64,000 nt of DNA from Limnothrix sp. BL-A-16. GTDB lineage: Bacteria > Cyanobacteriota > Cyanobacteriia > CACIAM-69d. The stretch is from NCBI GenBank assembly GCA_041937175.2, contig CP166615.1, positions 2,272,001-2,336,000 on the forward strand, given 5' to 3'. Of the stretch, positions 63,363-64,000 are shown piece after piece. Made by a program: the position numbers and the translations under genes. Every line of letters begins with the position of its first letter. The first letter of the stretch is position 1. Under the pieces are notes generated by a model. It was not told the DNA's origin. It made no database searches and worked only from the letters and a program-made list of their open reading frames with translations.

Positions 63363-64000
63363 ATGACCCTCGAAGCCGAAAACGCCCGCCTCCAGCAGCG
63401 CGTGCATGAGCTGGAACAGCAACTGGCCCAATGGCGCGATCGCCCACCCGCCGGGCCGCCACCCAAGCCCTATGGCATCAACTTGGATCGGAAACGGGAA
63501 CCCACGGAAGTGGATCCCTTTAACTCCGAAGGGCTGTTTCGGGCCTATGTGGAAACCGCCAATGACATGGTGTATGCGGTGGATTTGCTGGGCCGGCTCG
63601 TGTTTATTAATCCCTACGGAGAGCGACTGTTGGGGATTGAACCGGGTGAATGGCGCGGCCGCCCCTACATGGACTTTGTGGCTCCGGCCTTTCAGGAACC
63701 CACGGGCCAGGCCTTTGCCAACCTGTTGCACACGGGCGAGCTAATGGATTTTGAGTTCGCGCTGCTCGATCGCGCCGGTCGAGAAATTCACATGCAGGTG
63801 AACGGGCGCTTGCTCTATGCGGATGAGGAGCTGATTGGTGGTTTGGGTATTGCGCGGGATATCACCGATCGCAAGCAGGCAGAACAGCAGGTACAGATGT
63901 TTGTGCGGGCCCTGGAGTCAACCCACGACAGCACCGCGATCGCGGACTTGCAGGGGGGCTTCATTTATGCAAACCCGGCGACCGATCGGGTTTTTGGTTG
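63363..64000 (+). CDS. PAS/PAC domain signalling protein, truncated by the window end (not in ORF track)
   Basis: ATG 63363 MTLEAENARLQQRV..FRAYVETANDMVYAVDLLGRLVFINP..IARDITDRKQAE..ADLQGGFIYANPA; open to the end. Confidence 0.88.
   Translation, partial: MTLEAENARLQQRVHELEQQLAQWRDRPPAGPPPKPYGINLDRKREPTEVDPFNSEGLFRAYVETANDMVYAVDLLGRLVFINPYGERLLGIEPGEWRGRPYMDFVAPAFQEPTGQAFANLLHTGELMDFEFALLDRAGREIHMQVNGRLLYADEELIGGLGIARDITDRKQAEQQVQMFVRALESTHDSTAIADLQGGFIYANPATDRVFG

Overview
Cyanobacterial chromosomal DNA. The very dense HIP1 octamer GCGATCGC, psbK, ctaABCDE, xisI and Uma2 genes identify it; it is probably a filamentous Limnothrix/Oscillatoriales-type organism (inference). Most of the window is housekeeping: nurA, a Ni/Co ECF transporter, gltX, uvrA, an amidase, an MBOAT, the aa3 cytochrome c oxidase cluster, a CPA2 antiporter, a histidine kinase, psbK (absent from the ORF track), glmU, htrA, glcD, an ABC-F ATPase and rlmN. 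Two accessory regions stand out. The first is an AT-rich MmeI-like type IIL restriction-modification gene coupled to a Uma2 nuclease (7.0-10.5 kb). The second is a conflict/defence-like cluster at about 50.4-61.9 kb. It holds a membrane NACHT protein whose AT-rich C-terminal cassette ends in an apparently inactive signal-peptidase-like domain, a small hydrophobic ORF coupled to an orphan MNT, an orphan XisI, a CHAT protease-STAND NTPase-TPR protein with mosaic near-identical 120-bp repeats (one carrying a tiny in-frame element in a HIP1 site), and a Swt1-like HEPN-RNase III-dsRBD fusion. Non-coding elements include two copies of a ~130-bp MITE, a dispersed 20-bp palindrome family, GTAG-type REP-like elements and many short tandem duplications. 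No tRNA, rRNA or CRISPR array was recognised. All family calls come from motifs read by eye and GC figures are spot counts; no searches were run.
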